63,949 nt of DNA, filler included, from Piptocephalis cylindrospora (GCA_003614145.1; 3 parts of 3 records of this genome joined end to end with filler, not necessarily neighbours in it); one strand, 5' to 3'. Positions 1-13,301 are shown, numbered from the whole stretch's first letter. Notes: a model not told the origin generated them from the sequence alone. Numbers and translations: made by a program.

Positions 1-461
1 AACATGATGCGCCCACACTACTCTGGATAATCGTTGGAGTACTTTAACTCCTGGCTATATGCATCTCTAAATTGGATGACCCCGTGCTGTTGACAATGCT
101 TATCGTGGAATAGAGCTAGAGCTTCAATGGATCTGTTGCAGACCACGACAATATCATTGAACACCCTATTGTTCACAATGTTCTACCAATGTCTATTCGG
201 GTTTGGAAAAGTGATGGCAGACTCATAACACGTACTTTACGGTCTATTTTAGGTTAGGAAAGGCTCATTGATTCTAATGTAGCATTCAAAAGAATAATGA
301 CTGTAAGCATACAGTCCGATTTTTGCTGAAGCATTTCGAAATCAGAAGCCAACGCTCGTTCGGTATTTAGGATTGACACTTTCTCCCTACTCACGACCTT
401 CACGGAAAGCACTCTGGAATCACAAAACCAAAGATATTTCGAAACTTGTCCCCATTCTATT

Positions 462-2474
462 TCAAGAACCTCTTCGGGTTGATGGCGATCTGACTGAAGG
501 AGACCGGACCGAGGGGGCCACCGAGGAAGAATGCCCTTGGTCATTGTAGGACCGAGGGGTAGAGATAGATGAGATAACAGAATGCGCGACAGAGGATGGA
601 TGTCGGTGATACATGGTCGGGCCGGGTCGACGAGACCGAGCAGTATGGTCCATTGGTCTTAGAGAAGGGTAAGCTTGTGAGTGTGGTCGAGAGGCGGTGG
701 AGAAATTTGACCCGACGTCCTCCCGGTCTCCCACTCCACTAACCCCCTCCCCCCCCATAGGATAGGGTCTTAAGTAGGATGATCCGGATGAGGTCCCATT
801 ATAAACCTCTGGTTCTCGCCGAGACATACCAGAGGGGCCCATACCCCCGCTTCCCTGACCCGACCTTGGGGTTTCAGAGTGAATCATGGAGGGTGGCCCA
901 GTGGGTGGAGATACCGAGGGATACACCTTCTCTGCCTCATTCTCCTCGCCATCCCTGTCATTTACCTTTCCCTCGGTCCATAGTGTCGGCAAAGGGATGA
1001 TAAAAGTTTTAGGCTGAACACAATGGCTTTCCAGCCATGCTTGCAACCTCCCGTAAAGAAGCTGGGACACCTTGGGCAGATCTTTGACCTTGGTACGATG
1101 TCCCAGTAATGAGCGGATTTGAAGATCCATATGGTAGGAAGGGGCAAGACTAAAAGAAAGGAAAGAAGGGTCTTCGGAGGAGAATTCAATAAGAATCTAC
1201 TCAACATGTCCACGATTGAGGATATTGCCGTCAAGAGGGGAGAGGGGAGACAATATTAATAAGAATGCGGCGCCTTTCTTCATGAAATACGATTCAAGGA
1301 ACCAACCCCAGATCCCATATATCCAATGAATAAGTATCAAAAAGCATACCGTGCCAGATAATTCAACCAGAGATATGACCAAGGACACTGGTAAGGATGC
1401 CAAGAGGGCCCGAGGCCAATTTAGTAAAAGTTCGGTATCCACCCCAAGGGTAAGAAGATCCTTGAAGGTAAAGTCGGCCTCGACACGCTAAACTCCAAAA
1501 ACAAGATATTGAAAAGAGTTGGGGATGATGCTTGGGTGAGTATTTGGATGACCCTAACACCTCCTCAAAGACATATACAAGCGAAGGCCCTATAGGCACG
1601 GCTGTCAAGCTCTTCATGCCGGTAGGGTCTTTGATGAAAGCATGATGCATCACCTACCATGCTGGATAAGTCCTCAGTGGGCCGAACCCTGACGGAATGA
1701 AGGATGGGGTAGTCAGACCCAAGGGCAAATTCGGTGATCTTGACTTCACCCTATATCATTACCAGGTATGGCGAGGGGGAAAAAATAAATGATTCTGGCT
1801 TTAAATCACACGAAATAGCATCCGCATACACACTCTCCAAACCAAGGTCCTACCAGAAAAGAGGGCCGAGTTTCGGTGTTCATGGCCTGAGAAAGGGTTT
1901 TGAGTAGCCTTTCCTCTACAAGGGCCTCGGCCCGATACTTGCGGATGATCTGGGCCAAGAGGACATTGAGCCATCCGCATGACTCTGGGCCTTGATGGAG
2001 CACATCATAGCCCAATCGGGAGAGAAGTCGGATATCGTCTTCATCCCTTCCAACTGGAGGAATGATACGCGTGCCCTCTTTATCGGACAGGACAGCATCG
2101 GAGCTAGAGGGAACGGCGGCTCCGACGGGAGAAGCCGTGGTCGTGGTCTTTCCCGACATACCTCCCCCACTGACGTCCACAGCCTTTAGAGTGGATCCGG
2201 TTATGGAATTGCCCGAGGAGGAAGGCGGAGCGGATGCGGGTGTTCCCTCCTTGCGGGCACTGGGGTCTAGGGACTGGGCCAAGGACCGACGCTTCCTGGG
2301 GTTGTCCAGCAGAAGCCATCGAGCACATGCAGCCAATAGAAGGATGACAGAAAGTTGACCGAGGATCAGACCTCGGGCGAAGGAGTATGTGGCCTGGGAA
2401 GAGGCCTGTTGATAGCAGTCGGCGAGGAGTGGAGCTAGATTCTGGTCTGGGGAAGGGGGGGTCGCACTGGACAT
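462..2474 (-). CDS. MMM1: ERMES subunit Mmm1 (SMP-domain ER-mitochondria tether)
   Basis: Exons 2474-1854, 1750-1658, 1487-1350, 1196-462 splice in frame with GT-AG introns. TM segment FARGLILGQLSVILLL, then ESCGWLNVLLAQII, GEVKITEFALGSDYP, LGVDTELLLNWPRA and IRSLLGHRTKVKDLPK, all typical of Mmm1. Start ATG chosen downstream of the CT-rich leader. Confidence 0.93.
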
Positions 2475-3051
2475 GTCTGATAGTGGAAGGAAAGATACAG
2501 ATATGGAAGGGCAATTGGATGTGCAAGGTGAGGAGGGGAAGGGGGGGGTCTCTGCCGCTGAAGGGGCGAGTCCGGACATGGGAGGGGGAAGATCAAGGTA
2601 ACGGGAGGAGTGGGAAAGGAGACGTTGACCCAAAGGGGGAGGGAAGAGGCGTGCTTCAAGGGGAAAAGAGGGAACGGGTATAACACCTCTATCTAAGGTT
2701 AACCGCGTCCGTTTCATTTGCTTTGTGCAAGAGGAAAAGTACGTATCTAGAATAGTGACTTGGGGTATGACGAGCCTGGTGAGAGCCTAATCATTAATAA
2801 TAGAGTCAGACGATTACACATACTGGCATGATTTAAAGGTCAGTTCTCGGATGCAAAGGATAATGCCAAGAGATGCTGCTTTGAATGGGAAAGAAGACTT
2901 CATTGAAGTACACCTGAACTGCTCATTTGAATCAAAAAATCATAACCTTACAACCATGATTCGAATTTGGGTATCTCTTCCCTCCCAGCACATAAACCAT
3001 TGAACTATGCAGTACCATCATTACACCATTCCTTATCCCTTGCTTACAAGC

Positions 3052-4502
3052 TCACGCAGAGGGACGAGTAAGGTTGGCCGTACTAGGATTACTAGGGTTA
3101 GCGGCTTGAGGGGTTGCTCCATTAGGCCTAGCAGCGTGCTCGGTATGAATAGTGAGTTCAAAACTGGACAGCATCTCCGTGGGCCATTGCCAGGATTTGT
3201 CCTTCTTGCTCTGATTTCCTCGAGAGTGTCGCTGACGAACCTTACGCCAGTAGATGCCCAAGGCGATGAGTACAGCGACCCCTATAGTGGCGGATACGAC
3301 GATGATTGCAATTTTGGCTGGGTTGCTCAACGATTTGGAGTTTCGAACCTCACGGGATGTAATAAAGGACCATGCCTGGGTATCAAGATAATGGAAACTT
3401 TCCCTCTCCGTCTCTCCACCTTGTACTAACCCTGTGAAGGAGATTTTGTTAGCATCATCCCTTTCATGAGACTATCCTTTTCAGTATTCATCTACTGACC
3501 AAGACCAAGCATAAGAACGTTGGCATATATGGTTGCTAAACCAATATGTCCACGCCGACCCGTGATGAACGTGGAAATGGATGGAGTGGACCAGGCCCAT
3601 TCTATAGTATCCAGCACATGGATGTCATTGAGCAGGGCAGTTCCATCGAGGTTGGTTCCGCCATGAATGAGGATGAACTCATTGTCCATACGTATGGCCA
3701 CGTGATCCCTTCTGGAAGTGGGGGGAATCCCGGTTAAGGGCTGAATCCGCCAGGTCTTGGATGCAATGTTGTAGATGTTGGCCGAAGCCAAGGATTCAAG
3801 AGCTCCATCCTGCCGGACCCCACCAAGAACCACGAGAGATTGGGATGAGAGAATGGTGGCGGTGTGCTGCCACCATCCCGTCGGTGGTGGGGGAAGCAGA
3901 GTAGAGGAGCCATTTGTAGCGGAGATGGCATGAAAATCGCCGTGAACAGACTGAAGACCTGCTCCGTCCAGGCCCGTGCCGTCGTACCCGCCCAGGAGAA
4001 GGGCCTCGTTCGCGCTGACCACCAGAGTGTGTTCAATTCGGGACGAAGGTGATGTGCCATTTTCTATGGAGAGGGTGATATTCAAGGGAGAAAAGGTTTG
4101 ATCGTTGGGATGGATGACTCCAGCAGTATGTGGCGTTAAAGTGGAAGAATTAGATGTAGAGATAAATCCACCATAGAGGAGAATACCCTGGGGTAATGGC
4201 GCGGCCGCGTGCCCCGTCAACTTGGGGATGGAGATGGCTTGCAAGTACTCCAAGCCTTTAACGAAGTTTCGGGTTAGGGAATTATCTGGCGGGGGGGGCA
4301 TTAAGTTCCCGAAGAATACGGAAGCCCCAGGATCCTTTCCTGTGGGCAGTCCGCCCACGATATAAGGTAGGCCATTAAACGAGATAGCGGTTGCCTGAAC
4401 GAGGCCAACGTCCATTAGGGACGCATTGACAGGTTGGTCCTGGGCCGATCCTAATGTCCAAGTCCAGGCAAAGTAAGTGATGTAAAGGTAAGGGGAATAC
4501 AT
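3052..4502 (-). CDS. Type I membrane protein with extracellular kelch-repeat beta-propeller
   Basis: Exons 4502-3500 and 3431-3052 joined by a phase-1 GT-AG intron. N-terminal signal-like segment, several kelch GG motifs (LLYGG, LLLGGYDG, VVLGG, LIHGG, LDTIEWAW) and a TM helix IAIIVVSATIGVAVLIALGIYW followed by RKVRQR. Confidence 0.82.
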
Positions 4503-6390
4503 GGCTAGGTGAATTAAGCAAAGGGCAAGGCTTGCTTGGATAAAGGCGAGTAGATGAGTAAACTAGTGAGGATAGCGAATATGGAGAGAAAGGAGAAGGA
4601 TAAGGATGAGGGGAATGAAAAGCAGGGCCCATTGATTAGAGTTAAGCCAACTGATGCCAGGACCGGCATCAATTCAAAGCTAAAAAGCTCCATGGTCATT
4701 CGTCGCATCCGACCTAGCCTAAAGGTACACATTAGCAGTAGCCACCGTTTACGGTGGTTGGCCTCCTTGGACATCCTCGTCGGGGATGTCGCGGGAGCGG
4801 AGTGCTGCCCAAGCGGATCAATGAGCTCATTCTACTGTCTGCTAGTCTCCCCCAGCGCCGTGGGGTGTGGCGGAAGCAAGCGCGTCGCGGGATGTGGGAG
4901 GATCAATGAAATTTGTCAAAAGTTAAAACTATGGCCAAAATATGGGTGTTTTACGATCGGCGATTTCGATGGTGGCCTCCTGTCATAATAATAAGGGCTT
5001 AACAACACCAAATGCCCTCTCCCCATGCTCTCCCAGCTGTCCCAAAAAGCTACCTGAATTTGATCTAATTAGCTTAATCTGGATCTGCGATAGCGAGATA
5101 ATTGAGATGACAATGAAAGTATGATTAACCTGGATCAGCCAGGCTACGATGTCTACCTAACCAATTATTCATTGTGCCTTTCTTGCCTTAGTATGAGATG
5201 CTTCGTCCCAATAACATTACTCCTTTTGTAAATTGAATACATCCTTGTTTGCTTCTCTCATGAAGTGCATGCTTTCAAAAATAGATTAGAGATGAGGGCC
5301 ATAAGCAGGCTTGAGTGGCAAAACGGGGCTTCATTCCTCTTCGTTCTCTACACTGCCCTGTTGTACCACCGAAGAATGCATGAACGTTTTCAGCTTGTGA
5401 TGTTTGTTCTCCCTCTTAGGCTCGTATCCCCCTTATTGGGCTCGCATTCCTCCACCTTCCCCAGGAAGGGCATCTCTCGTGCCTCAAATAGATTCAGACG
5501 GATCTCCGGGATAATGACGACGGGGGTACGATCGTCGAAAAGAATGATCTTGGCATCCTTCAAACACTATACCTACCCTGCTATGGTGGCCATGAGACTG
5601 ATCTTTAGACTTTATCACGCCAGACAATCCCCACCGTTTAGCCCTTCACTCTCTCTCCTGATCCCATCTCCGATCCTCGATGCCCAAGTGATTTTGCGGC
5701 TCCGTAGTGAAGTGCCTCTGTGACTGCAAGCAAGAGAAAATCCTGCATGTGTGGGAGATGGAGAAACAGGGGTGGGCGGCCAGGCGACCAACCAGCCTGA
5801 CCAAGACAGACACAAATACCTCCGATGCCCACGACCTCCGATGCCCAGATCCCAGACCCCTTCAACATCAGCATGCATGTCATGTCTGAATGGAGACGTT
5901 GCAGACGTAGTCTCAGGGGATCTGGAAGTAGATTAGTCCTGCCATAAATGGAGGTAAAACCTCGGAAATCGGGAGATCGCACCAGTCCTCACAGCGATTA
6001 GTCTCCGATGTCCACGACCAAGAAGCGATACGTTTAGTTGGCGACACTAGCTTAGGATACAAAGCATGGGCCTCCTCTCGTATTGTCTATTTCTCTTATG
6101 GATGACGGTCATCCGCGAAGGCAAGTCGTCCAGATATAAAACCCAAGGACTTTTAACGCCACGCCCTTGATAGTATCCTTGCTTATCCTTCATCCATGAC
6201 TTCATCATCCTCTCTTTCCATACTCCTCCTCCTTCAAGTATCGCAAACCTCATTCTCCAAACTCGATTAGTGCTTTTCAACGGCATAGTACCCATCCTTG
6301 AGCCTCGATTCTGTTTCCTCCCCCCTCCCCTCACCCTTCCCTCACTTACTCCTCATATTATCCTTTCGTGCCCTCTCCTCCCCTCCCAAG

Positions 6391-8382
6391 ATGTCTCTTG
6401 GGCCCACTAACCAAGCCCTCGGTACACCTCGTCTTCCCCAAGCTTATATTTCTGAAACTGACTCAGAGAGCTGTAAGGAGCTTTTGGATAAGCCATTAGA
6501 AGGGGGGGATGTGAATCAATGTAACTCTTCTGGCGCGGACCTAGCCATGAACGAACCGGGGCAGCATCAAGGACTTCCCCCACTCCCAACCTCCTTTTCC
6601 TCTGGTCATTCCCATTCAATCCCTCAAAATGCCGAATGGACCTCCTCTGAAAGCCCACAATATCCAGATGTACGGGAGTGGTGGGACCCCGAGACACTTC
6701 CAGGCCTTCCATCCCTGCCTCTTGCCTCCACATCGCCCATCTCCTCGCTCGCCAGCCCTCCATCCATCAGCACTATATCATCGGGCGCATGGTCGGATGA
6801 TGATGATGTGGATGAGGTCAAGCCCTCGGCTAGGCATTCACTCCTAGTACAAGAGGCCTTAAAGAGAATTCAAAGTGAAGAAAGTGGGAGCGAGGAGACC
6901 AAAGATGGCATGGGGGCGGTGCAGGATGAGAATTCATACTTTGACTACTATCGATCCCCATCGCCCACTTCCCCGCCTAGCATACGTCAGACCACGATAG
7001 AGGAAAATCGTCTTGACGGAATGATCGAGAGACAAGTCATGTCTGATGCACAATGTTTGCCCCCTTCCTCTCCTCTCGATTGTCCCCTCTGTGGAAGCCT
7101 TCTTCGGCAGCCGATTACCCTTGCGTGCGGTTGGAGCGTATGCCACCCTTGTCTCATTGCCTCCTCCAAGGACAGTTCCTTTCCGTGTTACCTCACCCGA
7201 CCCTGCCCCTTTTCCATTCGTCCTAGAACGTACGTGGCGACCACGTCGACGATCGACTCGGAATACCACTCGGACCAGGCTTGCTGGTACACGGAGCATC
7301 TGGTCGCAGATGAGGCCTTGGATGTGGTTCTCAACAACGTGACCTCACTTGCTCGAGCCGTCCCTCGTGAGGTTTGGCAAGCGACTTTGGGAGTAGGGGA
7401 AGAACAAGGATTGGAGGACAAAGTAATGATTCTGCGGTCCCAGCTGGCCATGGAACTTGAGTGCGGCATCTGTTATCGACTTCTTTCTACCCCCACCACC
7501 ACGGCATGTGGTCATACCTTTTGTGAGGAGTGTCTTTCCCGATCTCTGGATCATGCACCCAGATGCCCATCCTGCCGCGCCCCATCACCCCCGCTCACTC
7601 ATCCTCGGCCTACCCTTTCCCGTGCCCTGCGTATCCTTCTCATCAAAGTCTTCCCCCCTTCCCTTCTGGGCCAAGATCGGGCAAGTGCGGATCAGTCTGG
7701 CTCCGAGGAAGACGCAGCAGACGAGTATGTGCCCATTTTTGTGGGCTCCCTCATCATGCCTGATCAAGAGTGTATGCTTCATATCTTCGAGGCTCGATAC
7801 CGATTGATGATGCAACGCTGTATGGCCCATCCTAATGGCCTCCAAGCCTTTGGTATGTGCGTCCCAGGTACGGGGCCTAATCGGTCCCACGGGGACTATG
7901 GAACTTGGATGACTATCCGATGGGTCCAGTGCCTCACGGATGGCCGGATGATTGTATCAGCTAAGGCAGGGTTACCCTTTCGAATAATATCCCGTGGGAT
8001 TCGAGATCGCTATCACACTGCCATCATCCGGCCTCTAGTTCCGGGTGATAAGGATATTGGCGTAATGGAAGAGGATCCAATGGATCCCCTGGCTCTGACC
8101 AAGGATCAAGGCTACTGCTATGCTGTACGTCTCGTCTCCTTCCTCAACAAATACTTTACCCACCCGCAAATCCTCGAGGCGTATGGACCCATCCCCAGTG
8201 AGGAGGATGTAGAGAGTTTAGTCTGGTGGGCCGCTGCCGTCCTTCCAGTGTCAGATCAGCAGAAGTATCCTCTCCTGATGATGTCTCGACTCCGGAACCG
8301 TCTCTCTCTTGTCACACACTGGAGTCACACCCTGGAAAATGCTTGGTCCTTACCTGTCCCCACCGAAGTGATTCAAGACTAG
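6391..8382 (+). CDS. RING finger plus LON N-terminal (substrate-binding) domain protein, LONRF-like E3 ligase
   Basis: Two RING motifs (CPLC...CGWSVCHPC; CGIC...CGHTFCEEC...CPSCR) followed by a LON-N domain (PIFVGSLIMP, LHIFEARYRLMMQRC). Intronless; ATG at 6391 follows a CT-rich leader. Confidence 0.9.
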   Translation: MSLGPTNQALGTPRLPQAYISETDSESCKELLDKPLEGGDVNQCNSSGADLAMNEPGQHQGLPPLPTSFSSGHSHSIPQNAEWTSSESPQYPDVREWWDPETLPGLPSLPLASTSPISSLASPPSISTISSGAWSDDDDVDEVKPSARHSLLVQEALKRIQSEESGSEETKDGMGAVQDENSYFDYYRSPSPTSPPSIRQTTIEENRLDGMIERQVMSDAQCLPPSSPLDCPLCGSLLRQPITLACGWSVCHPCLIASSKDSSFPCYLTRPCPFSIRPRTYVATTSTIDSEYHSDQACWYTEHLVADEALDVVLNNVTSLARAVPREVWQATLGVGEEQGLEDKVMILRSQLAMELECGICYRLLSTPTTTACGHTFCEECLSRSLDHAPRCPSCRAPSPPLTHPRPTLSRALRILLIKVFPPSLLGQDRASADQSGSEEDAADEYVPIFVGSLIMPDQECMLHIFEARYRLMMQRCMAHPNGLQAFGMCVPGTGPNRSHGDYGTWMTIRWVQCLTDGRMIVSAKAGLPFRIISRGIRDRYHTAIIRPLVPGDKDIGVMEEDPMDPLALTKDQGYCYAVRLVSFLNKYFTHPQILEAYGPIPSEEDVESLVWWAAAVLPVSDQQKYPLLMMSRLRNRLSLVTHWSHTLENAWSLPVPTEVIQD

Positions 8383-9133
8383 GCCTGTAGCATTCTTCTG
8401 TAGCGCTCGCCTTACCCTCCCCCCCTCCCTTCTCCCTGTATTCCCTTTGCCCCATCTACGCCTTTCTATCCTAGGTTTTTTTTATGACCATTTCGTTCCC
8501 TATGCCCCTCACCCCGCCCAGTGATCGTATCTCCATCGAGTATGGTCATCATAACAACACCCCCTCTTTTCTTTCTTGATCAGTATCACCCTTGTGTGTG
8601 TGACGACCCTTTGCCCTCCTCCTCTCCCCCCCCCCCTTACTGTCACCCTAACGCCCTTTTGTGCCTCTGTCCGGGGTGGCAACTTTCTTTTCCTTTTCTG
8701 CTTTATACGCGGACTTTCTGTCGTGTCAATAAGATTTTCAGTTTCTAAATATGTCTGACCTCTCAAGTAAAAGGACAATGACATAGTGGCGGGTCACGGA
8801 AACACTGTCCATTCATTACGATCAATCATCATCATGTGAAGGGATAGGCTTGATGTTCGTGGTTACTCCGACACGCAAAAAGATGATTAGGCCCATTCAG
8901 GCTGGTCGTGCGGATGGAGTCTAACACAAACGCACGGATCACCGGACCGCCCTCCGGGCTTCCCTTAGAACGTGGTAGAGATACTCTCTCTCTCTCATCT
9001 GCTACACGCGCTTATCCGTCAAACAATACCCAAGTCATCACACACAAAAGCACGACAGTTTTGTATTGCAAACCGCGAACAGACATTCAATGCGCAACAT
9101 GACACACAGGCTACACATTTAGCCTTCAAGCAC

Positions 9134-10189
9134 TCACTCATTCTCCCTCCTCTCGCCATACCCATGCCGAACTCCCCTCATGAGGCCTGAAGCCCCAGCT
9201 TGAACGGTCTCTACTGTCGTCGCCCCCATCTGGCCTACCCGGTCCATCCCCTCCTGGGCACCATCATAAGCCTTTCCCATGCCCTTCTGTGCAGCCTCGT
9301 AGGTTTTGGCCGCACCCTCTTGAATACTTTCGTCAGCTTGATCAACCATCCTCTCTACTTTATCTGAGGTATCCTCTCCACTTTGGCGGAAATAATCGGG
9401 AGTATTGTCACCGCCCGTCGCCCTTTGACGCTCCTCTTTGCTCCGTCCCTTGCCCTTTCCTCCGGATGGGCCCCTGTCGCTCCCCTCTTTCATATACTCT
9501 TCTTCCTCACCCCATCCACTGTCCTTCTTGGTTCTGCTTTCTCCAGTCTTTTCCTTTTCCGTGGGCTCCCATTCAGACTGACGCGCTATGTCTTCGGAAA
9601 GCTCCAGGTGCTTCCTAGGCCATCCATTGCCCTCATCATCATTATCCGCGGCCTTGACCATCCGAAACGTTCCACGCGTGACCAAACGATACGCGGCCGC
9701 GGCGGTCAGGTAAGTCCCCGCCATGCCCATGCTCAGACAAGCAGCACCCAGGATGAACGGAAGCATGAAAAGGATGCCCACCCCAATGAGGCAAGCCTCG
9801 GCCACAGCCCAGATCCCCAGCGTCACCCCACATGTCCCGACCAACCAGCCGAGGAGACCAGTGATGGGAGCAACGATAGTGGCGATGGCGGCAAGAACAC
9901 TAGTTCGGCCCAGAATATTACCCTTCATGGAATCCCTTAGGGTATGGATCCAGGATTCGATGGTCCCAAGCAGGACATCTGGCACCTCCCCAGCTTTGTG
10001 TACTACCCCAAAGGTCCTTCCTTGAATGTTCTGCACCATGCTCGAGGCTCCCTCAGACGCCTTCTTCCGCAATTTTTCGCCCTTATTCATGGTCGCACCC
10101 ATCGCTTCCCCCATTACCTTTCCGGCCTTTTCACTCATCTCTTTACTTTGCTGAGGGACCGAATGATTCTTTTCCGTGAAGCTCGGCAT
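9134..10189 (-). CDS. Promethin/LDAF1-like lipid-droplet membrane protein with hydrophilic tails
   Basis: 351-aa ORF with a ~65-aa hydrophobic block (APITGLLGWLVGTCGVTLGIWAVAEACLIGVGILFMLP) whose Pro and Glu spacing resembles promethin. The family assignment is by eye. Confidence 0.55.
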   Translation of the reverse strand: MPSFTEKNHSVPQQSKEMSEKAGKVMGEAMGATMNKGEKLRKKASEGASSMVQNIQGRTFGVVHKAGEVPDVLLGTIESWIHTLRDSMKGNILGRTSVLAAIATIVAPITGLLGWLVGTCGVTLGIWAVAEACLIGVGILFMLPFILGAACLSMGMAGTYLTAAAAYRLVTRGTFRMVKAADNDDEGNGWPRKHLELSEDIARQSEWEPTEKEKTGESRTKKDSGWGEEEEYMKEGSDRGPSGGKGKGRSKEERQRATGGDNTPDYFRQSGEDTSDKVERMVDQADESIQEGAAKTYEAAQKGMGKAYDGAQEGMDRVGQMGATTVETVQAGASGLMRGVRHGYGERRENE

Positions 10190-11303
10190 GGTTCTCTCTT
10201 GGTTGGAAATGGATAGCCGACTGTGATGGTGAGTAAGGTTGATGGATGAATGAGGGTGTGGCGGTGATGTGGGAAGTGAAGGTGGGGCGTGGATGATCTG
10301 GCAGACTGGTAATTCCTAGAGCCCCCCATTCTCCTACATTTATACCCCCAGGATGGAAGGTCGGATGAGCTTTTTCAATGTAATGGCCATCTTGGTAAGA
10401 CTAGATGGCCTTCTTGACCACATTATGATGCTCCGGGTGGTTACCACCATTTCCTTTCCACAGAAAAGGAAGGCTAGGGAAGAAGCATTATCTCCCGGGG
10501 GGGGGGAGGGGGGAGGATGATACAAAGCCCAAATGGGCATGTTCCATGCAAGAAAGACTATCCATGCCGAGAGAGAAGCGGCCGGTGTGTATCGTTAAAA
10601 CCGCCGCTATCTTGACCTCACCAAAGGATTTCACATGTCAATCCGATAATGAACCTCAAGGGCGGAAAGGCTAAGCACTCCAAGGATGAATGTATATCCC
10701 GTCACTGTCTTTGATTCTCATCCTGATCCTATCATGGAGCATGGAGAGAGCTTATCATACGCCGATCAAGGTCAATAGACTCCATGGAAAGTACCGGTCG
10801 GAATGAAACAGGAAGGGGCATGATCATCCATTTGCGAATATCTTTTTCCATACTGTTCAGAAAATAAGAGTCCTAGGAACCACCATCATTTTTACATACA
10901 GATCATCTTACCATGAAGCGGAAACAAGATCCAGTAGCACCACACTCTCCAGTAAACGATGAGACCTTCTCCACCTCAAGGCATCAAGGGGCATTAGGGC
11001 GGTCGATGAATATATCTCTATGGGCCACTCGGAATGTTTCTATACATTCATGATGATCATAAAATGAGGATGCCCTCCTTTTTTCTTCTTCATCTAAAGA
11101 AGCCCATAGTCAGTTCTCTATAGATGTCAAAGACCGTAGTATGAATACGAATCATGATGGAAAAAGAATTACCACATCTCCAGCCACACAATGCCCCATA
11201 TATGGGTAGGCTCCGTCGGGCCTGGTGAAGCTGGGACGCGTGATTATCCTCCTTTTCCTTCACCCTTGTTCCTTCCTACCCACAGCACCATCGTCTCCTT
11301 AAC

Positions 11304-13052
11304 ATGCTCTTCTTCGACGAAACCAAAGCCAATTCGACGAGCAATCGTCAACCACGGATCCCCGAGTTCCAAGGAGTAATCCTAGCTGGACAGGGCAATA
11401 ACTTGTCGGTGCTGCCGGAGCATCCGTCCCTCCTTCCCAAGGCCCTTCTCCCCGTGGCCGGTCGTCCCATGGTGTGTTATCCCATTGAGTGGCTGGAGAA
11501 GGCTGGCGTCCTTGGTACGTTTGTTTTGGTGAGACCGAGAGTGTTTTTGTTTTGAAAGTGTCATGACTGACATGAACGCGGTCCTTCCCCCATAGACATC
11601 ATCATTGTGGCTCATGGTCCAGCTGGTCCCCGCATCTCCCATGCCTTGAAGAGTGCGTATACAGGCGCAGCGGAAGTGAAAGTAATTTCCCTGGATGGAC
11701 CTGCGATGGGAACGGCTGACGCTTTGATTCAGATCCGGGATAAGCTCAAGGTAAAGGCCTGTTTCATGATAAGAAGAGGCACCAGTCTGACCTTCTGACC
11801 CGTTTCTCTCCCAACTGCTCTTAAACCGATAGCATGATATTGTCGTAGTGGGATGTGACTTGATCACGGATGTGAACTCGACCGCTTTCCTTGACCATCA
11901 CCGTGTAGCCAGCCCCTCCCTTACGGCACTCTTTTATCAGCCTCGGTGGGAGGCAGGGACCCCTCCCAAGGACAACCCCTTTGCGAGTCTTGTGGGGGTG
12001 GAGGGGAGGACAGGTCGATTGGTCATGGCTTCCAGTCCAGATGAAGATGAGATCTCCCTTCGAACCTCCTTGCTCTGGAAGTAAGTCAAGTCGGCGCTCG
12101 CATGGAAATTTGGTCCGCATTAGAGAGTGAAGACCAGACAACCATACTTACCAACCCCCTCTTCCCTAGATACCCATGTGTGGATCTATACACTCAGCTA
12201 CAGGATGCACATGCTTACGTGATGCAACGATGGGTTTTGGATTTTGTGGCGGATCGGCCCAAGATTATCTCGCTGCGTGAGGACCTCCTTCCCCTTCTGG
12301 CCAAGGCACAATACAAGCGGGGGATGAGCAAGGGACTAGATGTGGGCAAGTACATTGATGAGTCTATGACAGATGTGGTGATGGAGGGCTTGAAGCTCTC
12401 CTCGACCTCGGAATCCCCAGTGGATGAGACAAGTACCCTCCAACCCTCATGCATGGCTTACATTGCCCGGCGGGCCGAAGATGGTCTAACTTACCGGGCC
12501 AATACGCTCCTTACATTTACCGAGGTGAATCGGCATCTGATTCGGGAATGGGCCGGGGAGCGGGTGTCACGTAACACAGAGCTGAGTGTCCGGACGCAGA
12601 TTGGCCTAGATTCGCTGGTGGGGGACGGGTCCAAGGTTGAGGAGCGATCGTCGATCAAACGAAGCATTCTCGGATCCGGATGCATCTTGGGGAAGGGATG
12701 CAAGGTGGTCAACACCATCCTTATGGATAATGTCATCCTGGACGATAAGTAAGTCTATATTAAGAAAAGGAGGGAGGAAGGAGACAGATGTTAACAGATC
12801 CTCGCCTCTGAACCCTTGGGAACCGTATTTAGTGTCAAATTGGATGGATGCATCGTGGCAGACGGAGCACGGATTGGGGAAAAGACATCATTGCGTGATT
12901 GTCTAGTTGGGCCTAATGCCGTGGTGCCTAAAGAGAGTAAGTGTACTTATGGATGTGAAATGCTGAGATGCCCGAGCCTCACTCACTTTTTCCTTTGCTC
13001 TTAAACAATAGCCCAGGAAAAGAATGAGGAATTTGAACGAGAAGGTCGCTGA
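11304..13052 (+). CDS. GCD1: Translation initiation factor eIF2B gamma subunit
   Basis: Exons 11304-11514, 11596-11750, 11833-12080, 12170-12748, 12833-12936, 13012-13052. Motifs EFQGVILAG, PKALLPVAGRPM, GTADAL, GCDLITD, LQDAHAY, plus a C-terminal left-handed beta-helix (SIKRSILG...VKLDGCIV). Confidence 0.93.
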
Positions 13053-13301
13053 GAGAAATGATGTGATGTGAGATGAGATGGGACAAGATGAGACGGGATG
13101 GGATGGGAACAGAGTGATTTGTTATTCCGTAGTATGAGGATGATTTTGACAATGAACCGTTTATGATTTTCCCTATCAAACAAGGGTTAGATAAAGGGGA
13201 GTGCACTATGTTGTCGAACCTTATTCTTCTCACCCCTCATGATCATCACCACTGCCATCATTTAAAGATTAGCCCTTGAGCCCCCTTCGCCGATACACGC
13301 G

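Noticed and set aside
5265..6000. Short ORFs on both strands between the kelch and LONRF genes
   Set aside because: No recognisable domain or coherent splice model; at most a decayed remnant.
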